DNA of 63,022 nucleotides, filler included, from Guillardia theta CCMP2712 (lineage: Eukaryota; Protista; Cryptophyta), in the NCBI RefSeq assembly GCF_000315625.1. It is 7 parts of 7 records of this genome, joined end to end, with 100 filler letters (N's around TTAATTAATTAA, not from the genome) between each part and the next. Parts side by side here need not be neighbours in the genome. Positions count along the whole stretch, not along the records: positions 1 to 21,665 come from NW_005434623.1; 6 more parts are not named here. One strand, given 5' to 3'. Shown here in pieces: positions 1-13,263 of the stretch. Made by a program: the position numbers and the translations under genes. The notes beneath the pieces are model-generated. The model was not told where the DNA came from, made no database searches, and saw only the letters and a program-made list of their open reading frames with translations. Numbering within the stretch: the first letter of the stretch is position 1; every line of letters begins with the position of its first letter.

Positions 1-365
1 CACTTAACGATGAGTTACGGGTCGTGGGCGCGCTTTTCTTCGAGCCAGAAGATCAGCGGACGTCGCGCTGAGCCCTGCTCGATTTTCCGCGAGCTTCATC
101 CCAATTGGCGGACCGGCGCATCCTTTGGCATGGCACGCCCGCCCAGATTTCGCACGCGGCGACCCTCGTGATCCAGATAATGGCGTCCCCCGTCGTCCTC
201 CACGCGCACCTTGCCGTTGGGCGGAAGGTGGAAGGTTTTGTTGTGCGAGCCGTACTCTTCCGCCGCCTGGGCCATGAGCCCGACGTTCGGGACCGAGCCC
301 ATCGTCCGCGGTTTGAAGGCGCCGTGCTTTTTACAGAACTCAATGGTGGCGTGGTAAACGCCCGC
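1..365 (-). pseudogene. icd: Fragment of monomeric NADP-dependent isocitrate dehydrogenase, frameshifted; probably a chimeric or low-quality sequence
   Basis: Minus strand reads [45 protein letters not shown], the monomeric IDH signature. It then breaks into frameshifted pieces (EIW..., KDAPVR...). It joins abruptly at ~366 to a pyrimidine-rich (minus-strand) intron of the PDZ gene. Confidence 0.8.
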
Positions 366-430
366 TTTTCTGGAGGGAGGGAGGGAGGGAGGGAAGGGGA
401 AGAGGGAAGATTAGAGGAAAGACGATACGC

Positions 431-3235
431 ACAGTTGAGAACGACTGTGAGGGAGGGATCTCCCTGCGTCGCACTAGGTTGACAGTGTATCTCGATGTTG
501 CAACCTTGGATTCCTCTAGCCTCACAGAGACTACCGAGCCTTCTCTCCCCTGCAACATCCAGGCAGGATGTCAGACACTTTTTCAGCTCCTCAGGTGCCT
601 TCCCACCTCGAGAAGTTTGGCGACGTCCTCGAGGGACTTGCCTGAGACTGCAGGAAGAATGAGTGGGAAAGGGCGATGAAAGAGGAGGATGAGAGAGGGA
701 GAGATAGACGGAAGGGAGGAAGAGGAGAAGAGAACGAAGGAGTAGAACAGTCAGGAAGATGGACGGAGGAGTCTATCTTCAAAGATCCACGAGAGGCATG
801 GGTAGGTGATATGAAGACTTGAGAAGAGACAAGACATGAGAAGCAGAACATTGGAAGCGACGGACATAGGAAAGGGCTGGAGGGCAGGCTGTTGACAACG
901 GGAGGGAACGAGAAGAGATAGTTAGTGAAGTATCACCACTAGTCCCATCAATTTCAATCAGGATGTCTCCTGGTGTTATCTTGGTGCCGTCACACGAGCT
1001 GCCTGGCTTGATGCGATGAACGCGGAAGAATCCAGTCCAGTAGGAGCCCTGAAGGAGCGAGGATCAAAAAAAGGCACCAGGAAGAAAATGGGAGAGATGG
1101 AAGGCGCAGGAGGGGAGAGGATGGTTGGAAGGAAGACAGGGAGGACAAGAGAGGTGATGGAGGAGGAGTGGTGGGCAGGAGATGAAGAGGAGGAAGAGGA
1201 GGAGCTGAGACAGTTCTTTCCTTCAACTCGTAGTCAAGCACAAGTCCGATGTTTGCCTTCTTGACCCAGCGGTCGAGTATCGACTTCTCCTCTACTCCCT
1301 TCCTAGTGAGGAGTGGAAGACGCAACAGCAGGAGGAGAAGCAGGTGAACGAGGAATGGCAGGGGTGGGAGGAGGAGCCGAGATGGAGAAGGAAGGGGAAC
1401 GGAGACAGGAGGATCAAGGATGGGGTGGGGGGGGGGGGGGGGGGGGAGTAGAAGGAAGGTTTGTCAAGGAACCTGGATCTGCTTTCTTGGCCGGACGAGT
1501 TCTTGTGTTATCCACGATAGCAACCGCAGCATCGTTGAGCTGTTTAAAGATCATCAGAGAGAAAGTTCGAAAGAAGGCAGAAAGAGATGTCATGAACTCG
1601 GAGAGAATCGCGAGAAGAAGGAGAAAGATCGCAAAGGAGCAGCATGCCACACGTTTTTTAAGATGCAAGAAGCAAGGTCATTCCTCAAAGAGAGCGCTGG
1701 AGCATTACAAGAGACGAAAGGGGAGGAGGCAGGGACAGGCAACAAGACTCACATCGGTTAAAACTTGTTGAAGGTCAACTTCAGGCAGTATCTGCTCACT
1801 CTTGCGTTAGCTCTCACCGTCTACCCGGTCCCCTGATCTCTTCCATCTTTTCTCTTCAACCTCGTCTCCCCAAATTCCCCCAACCCCTCCTCCCTCCCAA
1901 CGGCTTCTTCCCCTACACCCCTCCTCCTAGCCTGCCTCCCAGCTCCTCCCAGCATCACCGCAACGTCGTGGTTCGACAACATCGACCAGAACCCACTGCT
2001 GGCTTCTGAAGTCTTTGACCCGCAGTTCTCCAGCAAGGACGGGGTCACCGCCTGCACACCAGCAGGTCAGCCGCGTTTGACAACCAGTTGTCAAAGTCTC
2101 ACTTTCATCTCTAGTCGACCCTCCTGATAGATAGGGGTAACGTAGCGAAAAGTTCCCGACTCGCTGACCTGCGTCAAGCAAGTTTGACTGGTTTGCGGCT
2201 ATTCAGACAATGGGACCTGACAGAACTCTCCTTCCGCTGCTCTGTGAACGAACCTATGGGTAAGAAGCAGCATCAGTTGCGAAAAGCAAAGGTTGGAAGG
2301 TGGAGGAGGTGAGAGAGATAGAAGGAGGAAGAGGGAAAGAAGAAGATGGGAATGGGTGGAAGGAATGATCCTGGCGATAATGGAACACGTGTGGGGAAGG
2401 GAACACGATGAAAAAGTGAACAAACATCCACAACTCTTCTCCTACATCGTTGCTCTCACCTCTTCCCCCCTGATCCTTCCCCGACGAATATTCCTTCATT
2501 CAGACTGCTGAACAGCTGCGAGTTCCGCTTCATCTGCAGCGTCTCGTCACCTCAAGCACACCAGTCGCCATCGGCGCAAGGCACCTGCTTGCCGTGCTGG
2601 ATGTAAAATAACATCTCGTCACTCTCTGAGATCTCGCTGAAGAAGCATTCCAGATGATCTGAGCGCGAGCGCGGCAGGTCAGAGAGAGCCAGCAGCAGCG
2701 TCGGCACCAGTACCAGCAACATGCTCGGGGTACGGCTGAAGAGATCCATCACTTGCTTGATAGAACCAGGTTCCTCGCTACGTCATCATCGTCAACGAGA
2801 GCATGTCGACAGTCGCGCACTTACAAGGATCTTGCGCGAGGATCCATCGATGTCGTTCCGCTGTGTCCTGTCCGGAATGCACTGCGGGGGAGGAGCGTCA
2901 ACTGAGCAACAATAGCAACAATATGACAAAGGCACCGCCGGTAAAAGTCCAGCACCGAACGTCACCTGCACAAATCTCAGCGAGGATGAAGGATGTGCCC
3001 TGGATGTTGGACAGACCTCCTCCTGTTCCTGCTGGTACGCGGTCTCGAGAGCACAGTTCTCCAAGAGGTTGAACGGGGCCCACTTTCCCTTCCTCCTCCT
3101 CTTCATCATGGAAGGCTCGAGGAAGTAGAACCATTGCACTCCGTTGAGATCTCGCTGGGTGGTGAGCTGTGCTTGTCGTCAGCCGAGGGGGGCAGGCTGG
3201 ACTCTAGATGGTCAGCGTACCTTCTTGTTCTTCAT
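431..3235 (-). CDS. Multi-exon protein with an N-terminal WWE-like domain and a PDZ domain (may be two genes; 3' end lost)
   Basis: WWE-like exons: VQWFYFLEP...KWAPFNLLENCALETAYQQ (~3020-3140) and DRTQRNDIDGSSRKIL (~2820-2875). PDZ exons: ANIGLVLDYELKE (~1220-1260), GFFRVHRIKPGSSCDGTKITPGDILIEIDGTS (~937-1048), VSGKSLEDVAKLLE (~608-648) and GREGSVVSVRLEE (~431-550). Boundaries approximate. Confidence 0.55.
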
Positions 3236-3714
3236 TGGCACAGCATCACAGAATCTGGAGAGCAGCGTTATGTTCAGATGAATGCGGGGACACTCGCTGA
3301 GAGACGCATAGAGTAACAAGCACCAACTAACTGTTATCTGTTCTCTCTCCTGGTGGAGATGATATCATGTCGCTGTTTCAATCGGATAGCATCATTCATC
3401 ATATCCAGCACTAACTTTGCCACAGGACTCTAACACAGTCTGCCTGCCGCTCCCCCCACAACATCGACTGCTTCCTGATCTTGTTGATCCTAATTCACTC
3501 TATAGTCATCGTCGTCGTCGTCGTCATTCATCATCGTCTTCCTTTCTTCTTGTTCTTCTTGTTCTTCTTTTTCTTCTTCAATTCTGGCACTACAGCTGCC
3601 TTCCACCATTTCCCAACCCTTCGCTATTGTTTTTTTTGTAGTTTTTTCTTGTGTAAAAGCATGAAACGGACGTCAAATCCTATCTGCTACCAGAGTACCC
3701 CTCTATCACTAGGT

Positions 3715-6105
3715 CAAAAGGACCCCTCCTGCATCCGAAGGTGTTTGTGGTGCGAGGGCGAAATGGGCGCCGGAGCCTCTTCGAAGTCGAACAGAAAGAA
3801 GGGAGAGATCGACAGGATGGTAGGAGGAAGAGACATGCTCCTCCTCACATGACTTGGGCATGCGGCAGGTTACCATGGCGCGATCCAGCATGACAAGAAG
3901 TCAAAAAAGGGCCTCAGCCGCCCTTGCTAAGATCAGTGACATGGGGCAAGAGCAATGTCTGGAGATGGCAGAGCAGGGGTAAGTTTGTTATGAACTTGCT
4001 GCGTCTGCTGGCGGAGATGTCAGCAGTGGTGTGTTCTGTTAACACAGCTTGTTATCTTAGTGTTATCGCCGTCACTGTTGGAAACCTTTCGGAGAGCAAA
4101 AGTAACAGCTTCACTGAGCCATCTCCTTGCCCGCTGAGAACCCCTGCAATCATCGTCTTCCTCCTCTTCCAATCTCGTTTTTCTGCAATCACTCCTCTGC
4201 TACATCCCTGCTCCTCGTTCTTACCCCTGTTCCTCGTCTCCTGACTCGTCCTTACATCCGCTGCTAGATGCTTCTGTTCGCCTCAACTCTGCCAAGATCC
4301 TTAAGAACCTCTCCAAGTACCCTGCAAACTACGCACAGCTGATCGAGGCAGGGCGTCCTCCTCCTACCGTGTGGGAGGGGAGAAGGGGGCTGATCCGTAC
4401 GGCAGGAAGGGGCTGCAAGGACAATGGTCGAGTTGTTCCGCCACAAGAAGCCTCGGGACCTCCATCTTGAGCTCGTACATGGAGTGAACGAGTGTGAGGG
4501 AGGGAGCAGGAGGAAGAGGAAAAAAAAAAAGGGTGGGGGGGAGCGGAGAAAGGAGAATGGAGGAGGGAGGAGGGAGGAGGGAGAAGGGAGAAAGCGTCTG
4601 GTGGCTGAACCTCCTTCCAGTAGCGCAAGCAGTCGAGTCCCGACCTCAGCTGGTAGAGTCTGTTCCTCATCTCATCAAGTTCGTCCAGGTCTCCGACCTC
4701 GAACGGCAGGTCAAAGTCGAGAAGAGGAGGGGGTGTAGGGGGAGGAGGAGGAGGAGGAAGAAGAGGAGGAAATGATGCGGAAACGCAGATGCTGGGGCTG
4801 TCGGCCATAGGAAGGATCGCAGGCAGGGGCAGCGGGTGGTGGGAAGTGCAGAGCGAGTGATTTGTCTTTGCTTACAGAGCATGACGAATGTCAGTTCAAG
4901 ATCATGAAGATGGGGGGGATGCACCTTGCGTTCCAATATGTAAGTACAGGAGTAGCAATTCAGATTGAGGCGAGGAATAGAAAGAGACAAGGACAGGGAC
5001 ATGTAAAAGAGCAGAACAAGGAGAAGGAGAATGAAAGAAGAAGTATACAAGGGGAAAGTGTAGGATGAACAGAAAAGGTGGATGGAATTTGAACTCACAA
5101 GACGTTTCTCGTGGTGCCAGGTGCAATCGGAGTTCCACACGTACAAACACAAAAGTTTAGCCATGAAGATTTTGGCTGAGATATCCGCAGCGATGTAATC
5201 ATTGTTTTCTTGAGGACTCAGCTGTTTCATTCGTCTCGAGCAGCCTTGATGGCAGTTTGCAGAGCATGCCACAAGTACGTCTTTGGGTATGAGGACAAGC
5301 AAGGAATTCACATCATCTCAAGGTTGAAGATACAGTGGATGTTGTCATACGATTGATAGCAGCAACGTTACAGGCTGTGCCGCATCAAAGATGAAGAGAT
5401 GGTTCCTTTTTGCGCTCGAACGGTGGAGCGATTGGTTGTTGAAGAAAAGAATGTGATGCTAGCCGAAGGAGGCCTTGTAGGTGAAGTGAAGTTTTGAGCC
5501 ATGGCAGGCAAAGGCGTTTGTAGAGGAGGGCGTGCTGAAGGAATTTCAATGGATGGTACACTCAGCTTTGACGTCATTTGGAATCTCCTTTGTCTCGTGT
5601 TTCTGCTTTGACAAGCTGTTTCTTGCAAATTCCGATCCTTCACTTCACTTTGATCTCTTCTCTTGATACGTTCCTTGTACTCTCAATCCTTTCTGATATC
5701 TCCAAATCAGCTCTCTCATCAGACCCCGACTGTCATCCTGGGAGGTGAGAACATAAGAACATTTCCTGCGCATCTTCCTACGAGTCCTCCACATCTTCTT
5801 CCCCTCCTCCTTCGCCTTCTCACGTGCCTCCTGTGACAGCTCTCGAAGCTCTTGGCGCCATTGCACGATTCCCGCCAGTAAGCAACAGAGCAAAGGAGGA
5901 AGAGGATGTAGAAGTCTGATAGCACAAGAAAGCATTCAGGGCAACCTAGAATGACAGGGAGGAGGAGCAGGGGGATGGGCAAGGGCGGTGGTGGTAGTTC
6001 AAGGTTAGAGCAAAATTGGAGCTGAGCTGACAGGATCCTTGCTGCAGCTGCAGCGGGTGATCGTGGAATGGAAATTTCTTCCTCTAGGTACTTGGCCTTG
6101 CTCAA
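3715..6105 (-). CDS. Hypothetical multi-exon protein(s), no recognisable domain
   Basis: Coding-like exons flanked by splice signals, e.g. VGDLDELDEMRNRLYQLRSGLDCLRYWKE (~4610-4700) and VLGEVLKDLGRVEANRSI. Exon structure unresolved. Confidence 0.3.
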
Positions 6106-6648
6106 TTCCAGCAGAGGAGTGACGTGCGCTCAGTTTGCCCGCTGACCTCCAACCCGCACGAGGCACTTCGGATCGCTGCTGTCAGGGTACGACGTCGAAA
6201 TGAACATCCCCTCCCTCCCTCCCTCCCTCGGCCACATACCTCCCTCCTTCCATCCCTCTCTGTCTTTCTCCCTCCCTCCCTCCCGCCCTCCCTCCCTCCC
6301 TTTTCCCTCCCTCTCTCCTCCCTCCTCATTCCCTTCTCATTTCCTCCTCATTCCCTTCTCATTTCCTCGACATTTCCTTGAAGATTGCCTTATTTTTGTT
6401 TCAACGTCTTTCTCTTGTCATTTCCTTACCCCTCATGTCAGAACCCTCTTCTCCCTGACTATCCTTGACAGCTCCTAGCGCTGCTTGCACAACATCCGCA
6501 GAACAAGTAGGATGTGTTGAACTCAACTGTTAATCGCCTCAACCTCAGAATTTCATCCCAAGACATGCAGGGCAAATGTCCTCTCACTCCACATCTTTGA
6601 CAATTCATTCATCCGATTTCTATTCCTCTCTTACCTTTGTTGATCAAG

Positions 6649-7762
6649 GGCAAGAATTATCTACAATGGCGGTCATGAAGTGCTGCTGTATCATGGAGAG
6701 CATTCACCGTATCCGGATGTAAGTGGATGTACAACGAAATCTTGCCTCTTGTGCTCTCCTGTGCGTCTTCCCTCTTCTCATCTTTCGCTTTCTCTGCATC
6801 AGGTAAAGGAGCTGGCGAAATATGCCGCAGCGGATCTTCTCAATCTGGTGAGTTCAAAAACAAAATTTGTTTTCAAGATGAAACGCATAATCAAAGTCTT
6901 TCTCACATAACATCCATACAACATAACGACCTTCGTACAAAATGCCAACATTCCTTCATTCACTTAAATCAACATGCTCTGACAACGTGTCTAACAACTG
7001 CTTACATGCCACCTGCAGCCTGAAGCCCGCCTCAACAAGACCCTCCATCGAGCAGCTCACAGGTTCAGGGACAATGCTCGCAATGCTCTTGATGTGAGTA
7101 CTGTGAAGCAACTCATGGCAACTCTACCTCCTGTCCCTTCCCCCCGCTCCCTTCCCTTGACTCCTCCACTCACACCCATCCCTTTCTTTCCTTTTCTTTC
7201 CTTTTCTTTCCTTTTCTTTCCTTTTCTTTCCTTCTTTTCCTTTCCCTTTCCATTTCCTTGTCTGCCTTTCCCTCCCCTCTCCTCTCCTTTCCTCTCTACA
7301 GTTCCCTTCCCTTCCCTTCCCTTCCCTTTGATTCCATTCCATTCTCCTTTTCTGTCCTTCCCACCCTTCCTCTCCCCACTTTCCCCTCTCCACCCTTTCG
7401 CTCTCTCCTTTCCTGATCCCCTTGGGTTGGTTCACTGTCTCTCCATCAACTGAACCAACTCTCCTCTCATCAACTTTCTCATCTCTTCCACCTCCTTCTC
7501 GTTCATCTTTGCTTCCATCGCCCGCTTGCTGTTCGTTTGCTTGCTTGCTCACTCGTTACAGGACCTCGAGGAGAGGATGTCAACGAGCAGTCAAAAGGTT
7601 TTTCTCAGTCCTCACTTCCCCCCTCCTCTGCCGCTCCTTCACACCTTCCCCTTCGTCTGCTGTTCCTTTCTCCTGTCCCATCCTCGCATGATGTCAGATG
7701 TTGTTTCATCTGAACCAGCGCAGGATCGTGGCAAGGAGCTCGTTGCAAAGATCCTCAAGCAG
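6649..7762 (+). CDS. Hypothetical spliced protein
   Basis: Exons bounded by AG/GT: RIIYNGGHEVLLYHGEHSPYPD | VKELAKYAAADLLNL | PEARLNKTLHRAAHRFRDNARNALD | DLEERMSTSSQK | ...DRGKELVAKILKQ. Confidence 0.4.
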
Positions 7763-8946
7763 GTTTTCTTCGATGTTTCCTCCGCTTGCACTGAATGTTC
7801 AATGCACAGCAAGGGGAGGAAGAGGAATCTTCAGATGATGACAAGTAAAGGGATAAGAGATAGTGAGAGGGAGGCAGAGGATGGGTAGAGGTGGAGATGG
7901 GGTTGTAAAATGTGTACATGAATGTGAATGAAATCAGTTTTGTTGAGAGCGTGGGGGACAGAGGCATCGAAAACAACTAGCAAGAAAACAAGATGGTTGG
8001 AAAACAAAGTAGCAAACACACGAACATTACGAGAATGAGACCTTGGGAAAGGACGAGGACTATTACACAGGAAGAAAAACTCTCAGGTGAGTGGAGGGGA
8101 GGGAGTAGGAGCTCAAAACTGGAGGGAGTGGCAAGCTACCAAAACTTTTACGATAGTCTAAGTCAAACAGCTACGGCTGCCATCCATCTCATCTACAAGT
8201 ATTTACATCAAAGGGCAGGAGAAACTTGACAATGTCATGACGTAACAGAGTTCAGCCCCTTGTCGAAGGCAAGCATGTACCCATCCTTGCACTTGATCCA
8301 ACGGCCTGATCGCTGTTTTACCTGCACAGCTCACGTCACAGCCGTTGCCACGTCATCGTTCCACCCTCACTTGAGGTGCAAGCTCATCATGATCCCAGGA
8401 AGACTCCGGAAAATCTGCTGTGAGGGTCAGCTCAGGCGAGAAGATGGTAGGAGAGGCAGAGAGGTAGAATGAGAGTGAGTATTGGTGTTCGGGTGGAGGT
8501 GCATGAGATGGAACAAGGGAGCAGGATTGCTGTTGTGTATCGCTCTTGTTGTGTTTGCAAGACCTGTCACGCTCGTTTTGGTAGTCATCTGAGAAAGTGC
8601 CGTGGCTGGCCTGGATTGCAAAGTTTTCTGCAAGGACAAGCCATCTGTCAGAACTCATCCTTACATTTTCCCTTTTCTCTCTATATTCACCCCCTCACCT
8701 CCCCTTGCTACCTCTTNNNNNNNNNNNNNNNNNNNNNNNNNNNNNNNNNNNNNNNNNNNNNNNNNNNNNNNNNNNNNNNNNNNNNNNNNNNNNNNNNNNN
8801 NNNNNNNNNNNNNNNNTCGACCCTTGGGCCTCCTCTACTACCAACACCACCACCACCACCACCACCACCACCACCACCTCCTCCTCCTCCTCCTCCTCCA
8901 CCACCACCACCAACAACAACACCTCCACATCCTCCTCCTCCTTTAC

Positions 8947-11330
8947 CTGAACTCGCGTGCTGCGAGTCTGCAACCTCTTGACGAGACACTCGGACTTGAA
9001 CAGACGCGGCTGATCCCCGCGCGTCTCCTTCGACGGCTCGTTGTCCACCCGATTTCCTGAGCGGGCGAGCACAGAACGATATGCCGCCATGGCTGAGAAC
9101 AGATCGGTTAGCTGCGCTCACAGCATTTCGCCTCCTCAGCCTCCTCCTACTCTCCTGCCTCCTGTGGGTTTTGCATCCTCCTACAGTGACACCCATCCCG
9201 TTCCCCTCCCCCCTCGCATCTCTTTTCCAACTGCTCAATCCCTCTATCCTTCGATCTGCAATCTCCCCTTCCTCCTTTTTCCTGCCTCCTGCCCTCCAGG
9301 GATCCAGCAGCACCTGTAGCAGACCCTGCAGCGAGGATGTTGGCCGTATCCCTCCTGATCACCATGTCCTGCAGCTCTCTCGATAGGGAGGGTCGAGACT
9401 CGAGGAGTTTGACCACTGCCGACCTCGTCACCTCTGCCAGCAGCGCCTTGTCTGAGGCCACCACACAGGTTGCGCTTCTGGGCTTGCCGAGCACCAGAGA
9501 CATCTCGCCCATCACTGCTCCCTCTGGAAGCTTTGCGACTTCCTTCTGCATGGCGTCAGGTCCTGCCAGACGCATAGAAGTCATGTAGAAGCAGCCACAA
9601 GGGAGGTGGGAGGAAATGGAGGGGAGAAGATGGAGGAGACGAGCAAGGAGAAGAACAAAAAGGGAAGAAGAGAGGGTCAGAGGGAGCGGACAAGCCGGAG
9701 AAGGGAGGATGTCAGTGAACACGTATAAACGAAGCAACAGGAAGAGCAGCTAGGGAGGGGGCAAGGGAGATGAGCAGGAGGAGGAGCAAGAGGATGAGTG
9801 AGAGAAGGACCTTTCCCAAACGTGACGACGACACTGAGCTGGCCCTCGATGATGATGAACATTGAATGACCTTCATCGCCCTGGTTGACAATGACTGTCC
9901 CCTTGAGATACTTCCTGCATACACAGACGTTCCTTCCGTCGGCGTCCTTGCCTTCGACCAGGTTCTCTTTCTCGGCCTTGGATAGCAGCTGCAGGAAAGG
10001 ATTGTTGCTCCGGTTCATGATTTCCATCAGCTTCTCCATCATCTCGTCGGAAGGTGAAGTTATCAGCTCGTCATATGCCGACTTGAAAATGATCTCAAAC
10101 CCGTCCAGATCGAGCAGCCTGGGGAAATCCGAGCGCTGGGGAGTTCTGATCAAGTCTTCGAGCATGCGAGTAGCGTGCCAGTCAGGAGGGTTCAGACCAA
10201 GATCCTGCAAGGCTCTTGTCACGTCCTCTATCCTCATTACCCCGTGCGCCGTCTTCCAGTCGTGATGGTGGAAGGCGTATTTCTTAAAGACGACGGGGAT
10301 GTCCTGAAAGACTTTTCCATTGCGAAGGCGCGAGTTTTTGTGCTGCTTCTGGTTGATGACCAGAGCAAACTTTCCCTGCTTCTGCTGCTCCCATATCATG
10401 TGCTTTGAATCACTCTCCTTGCTCTTCTGGGCAAGGTGGAGCTTCCATGCAAGCTGCATCGACCGTTTCTCCTCGATCAGCCTTGAGATCGCGTCATACC
10501 ATCGATCCCTCTCAACATGGTCATCGTGTCCCATCACTACAGGATACGTTACCCACGACCGTCCAACAGACGTCGAGACCTTGTCCTCAAAAGAGAACTG
10601 AACAGTGATGGTATAAAGAATGAGCCTTTGCCCTGTCTTGGGGTCCATGTCAACAGTAGAGATAGTGGGCCCTTTGATAATCTCCGTCTCTGCCTGGATG
10701 AATCCGATGCTGCCACAGCTCAATCAGCCGGATAAACACCAAGTTAAACAGCCTTGTACCTCTTCATCCCCGGAGCAAACCTGCTCTCGTCGTCTGCAAG
10801 ATCCCGTGCTTTCGTGCGATAGCGGAACTCGCAGGTGTGTAAGCATAGCTCGAACTGGCGAAGGTGCCAGTCGCTGATCTGCTCCCCGAGCAGAGGCTCC
10901 TCAGCATCCTCCGGCGTCAGCGATCGGCGCAAGGAATTACTCCTCTTCTTCATCTTGCTCAGCACCAGGCGGTTCGATTTCAGCGGGTTCCTTTCTATCT
11001 TTGACATTAGAGGGTTCGAAATGCCTGGCTCAGGTTTGAACAGACGGTAGAGTTGCCCTCGCACGCTGTTCATCCTGTTGTTCCTCCTTACACTCGCAGT
11101 CTTGCTGGTATGCTTGCCTGTAAAGCACTTGAGCCTCCTCCTCGTCCTGCAGGGGCAACGAGCTGAATCCGCACTTTGCTCAGTCTGTCATGTACGTTCT
11201 TTGATCAGGATTTCTTATCTCGCCCACAAAGATTCAGCTGCAACTCCGTCACTTGATGATGTTCTCTGAGCAAGCTCTACCTTGCGTCTCCTCCTCCTCC
11301 TCCCTGCTCTTCCATCTTCCTTGATCCTCT
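8947..11330 (-). CDS. PH domain + degenerate EF-hand pair + cyclic-nucleotide-binding (cNMP) domain protein
   Basis: PH-like: RGQLYRL...WHLRQFELCLHTCEFRYR...HDDHVERDRWYDAISRLIE. EF-like: VFKKY...MRIEDVTRALQDLG...LDLDGFE. cNMP: KGTVIVNQGDEGHSMFIIIEGQLSVV | LPEGAVMGEMSLVLGKPRSATCVV. Ends approximate. Confidence 0.75.
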
Positions 11331-12575
11331 CCAAACGTCAGCATTGAGCTACCTCGAAAACCATGCCATAATGCGTTGCCCCCTTGCAATAGAATATTGC
11401 AAGGATATGTTCTTTATACGTTGTACGTCGCCTGAAATATCGAATTCAGCTCTTGCATATCCGAAGCATTTGTAGTATATTGGAGAATATATAGAATCAC
11501 TTTCGAAAGTTCTCCAGGCGCGAAATTTGATTCTTTTTTTTTTCCTGGTCAAACTTGATTGCCGCCCAACATGGCATCGGAGTCGCGAAGGTAGCTGTGC
11601 GAGCCATGCTGCGATGTGATGCGAATGCAAGAAGAGGAGAGGGATCGAGGTGGAGAGGATCAAGTCGATACAGCAGGAGAGCACTGGGCGGCAGCAACAA
11701 GCAGAAGCAGGAGAAGAGAAGTAGTAGAATAGGGGTGGAGCACATAGCATCTAGAGAGATGAAGATAAAGTAAGATTGTGGATGATACTCTTCGTCCATC
11801 GAAGTAAAGGCGTAATGAATGAGTCTCCCAAGGCTGTATCCAATGTTTGCCCCAAGGAAGAAGGGATCCAACCATCAGGTCACACTTACCAACGACGGGA
11901 AGGTAATCAGTTGACTTCCTGTGGTCTACTCAACCTCTATTCCACAAGGGAGTGCGATTCAGCTGCGGCGGTGGAGGAGGAGGACTTGCTATCTGCCCAG
12001 AACCCGTAATGGAAGCTGGGCAAAGTAAGCTAACCCTGATTGTTCTCTCGTTTACCCACGATTGCTGACAAGAATGTTTGACATTCAAACGGGTCAGCTT
12101 TCTTCGAGCTTGAACTGGAATGCCTCCAGCTTTCCTTGTACGGGGGAGTGAACAGCATAGGACTGATCCGATATCAGCAGAGGTCAAGGTTCGCTGAGCA
12201 GAGTGGAAAGAGTAGTCTGCTGCCAGAGCCAACCAACTTCGGGGAGGACGAGGCCGCTCACTGGCTGGGGTCGTTCAAGGACAGTTGGGGCATGACGATG
12301 GATGGATGTGTCTACGGCGACGGGAAGCTCTTGAGGTCTGAAGACAAGATGCAGGGCTGTTGTTTGACAAGGGTGGTAGTCAAGGCAAGCTGGCCAGTGC
12401 GATCAAGGTCGGAGATAGGATAGGGATATCTCTAGATACTGAAAAAGGGGACCCTCTGCTGCTGGAGTGAGTGAGGACGACGATAGGGTAAGTGAGAGTG
12501 TGATGGAGATACTGGCAGATCAGGAGCAGAAGACATCTCATCGATCGGATTCATGTCGGTTCACTTCACACACAA

Positions 12576-13263
12576 TGGGGCTATCATCCCGGGGAGTTCC
12601 TTCCGGAAGATACCGAGGAACGAGGAGGTTTGTTCTGTGTTCCTACCTCCTGACTATCGTCCTCCAGCGGGGTGGTGTTTGCCGTCAGCGCAATGGAGTC
12701 AGAGTTCCAGGTCGAACATGCCTTTCTCATATCTTCAGGGCTGTTCGTCGTCATGACAGTCATGGTGGTCGTCCGATAGTCGACATGACTGTTGTGACAG
12801 ATCAACATCTGCCGATTCTCATCCCTCGAAGTCAGGGCTATCGAGAACTCCGAGAGGTTGGAGCCACGTCAGCGGCTGCTGTTGTGCATTTCCCTCACTC
12901 TGACTGCCTCAAGGCATGAGATGGCAGCATGTCGAGCCCTTTCCGAGGTAAGCTGTTCTCGTTTCCTGCGTCATCGATGTCAGGGCGATAGCAGGCCAAC
13001 TACGACGAGGCTCTTCGACAGATTGCGCAAGCGCTGGCTGAGTGCGGGTAAGTACCGCCGGCGCATTTTGCGCAGCATGACTGTGAGAGCGCGTGTCCAG
13101 TGATGGAGGCAGCATCGGCATGGAGAGGATAGAAGACTTGAAGCGGCAAGAGCGTGAGATCCAGAAAGCAAAGGACAACACGGACGACATCGCCAGGGCA
13201 GACGACTTGTATGAGGCGGTGAACGTGCTCATCGTTACGGCAGAGGAGCTCCTGACAAAGTAG
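12576..13263 (+). CDS. Small multi-exon hypothetical protein (helical C-terminus) pointing toward the repeat array
   Basis: Last exons splice in frame: ANYDEALRQIAQALAEC | gtaagt...ccag | GDGGSIGMERIEDLKRQEREIQKAKDNTDDIARADDLYEAVNVLIVTAEELLTK-stop (TAG 13261-13263). The 5' exons and start are uncertain. Confidence 0.5.
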
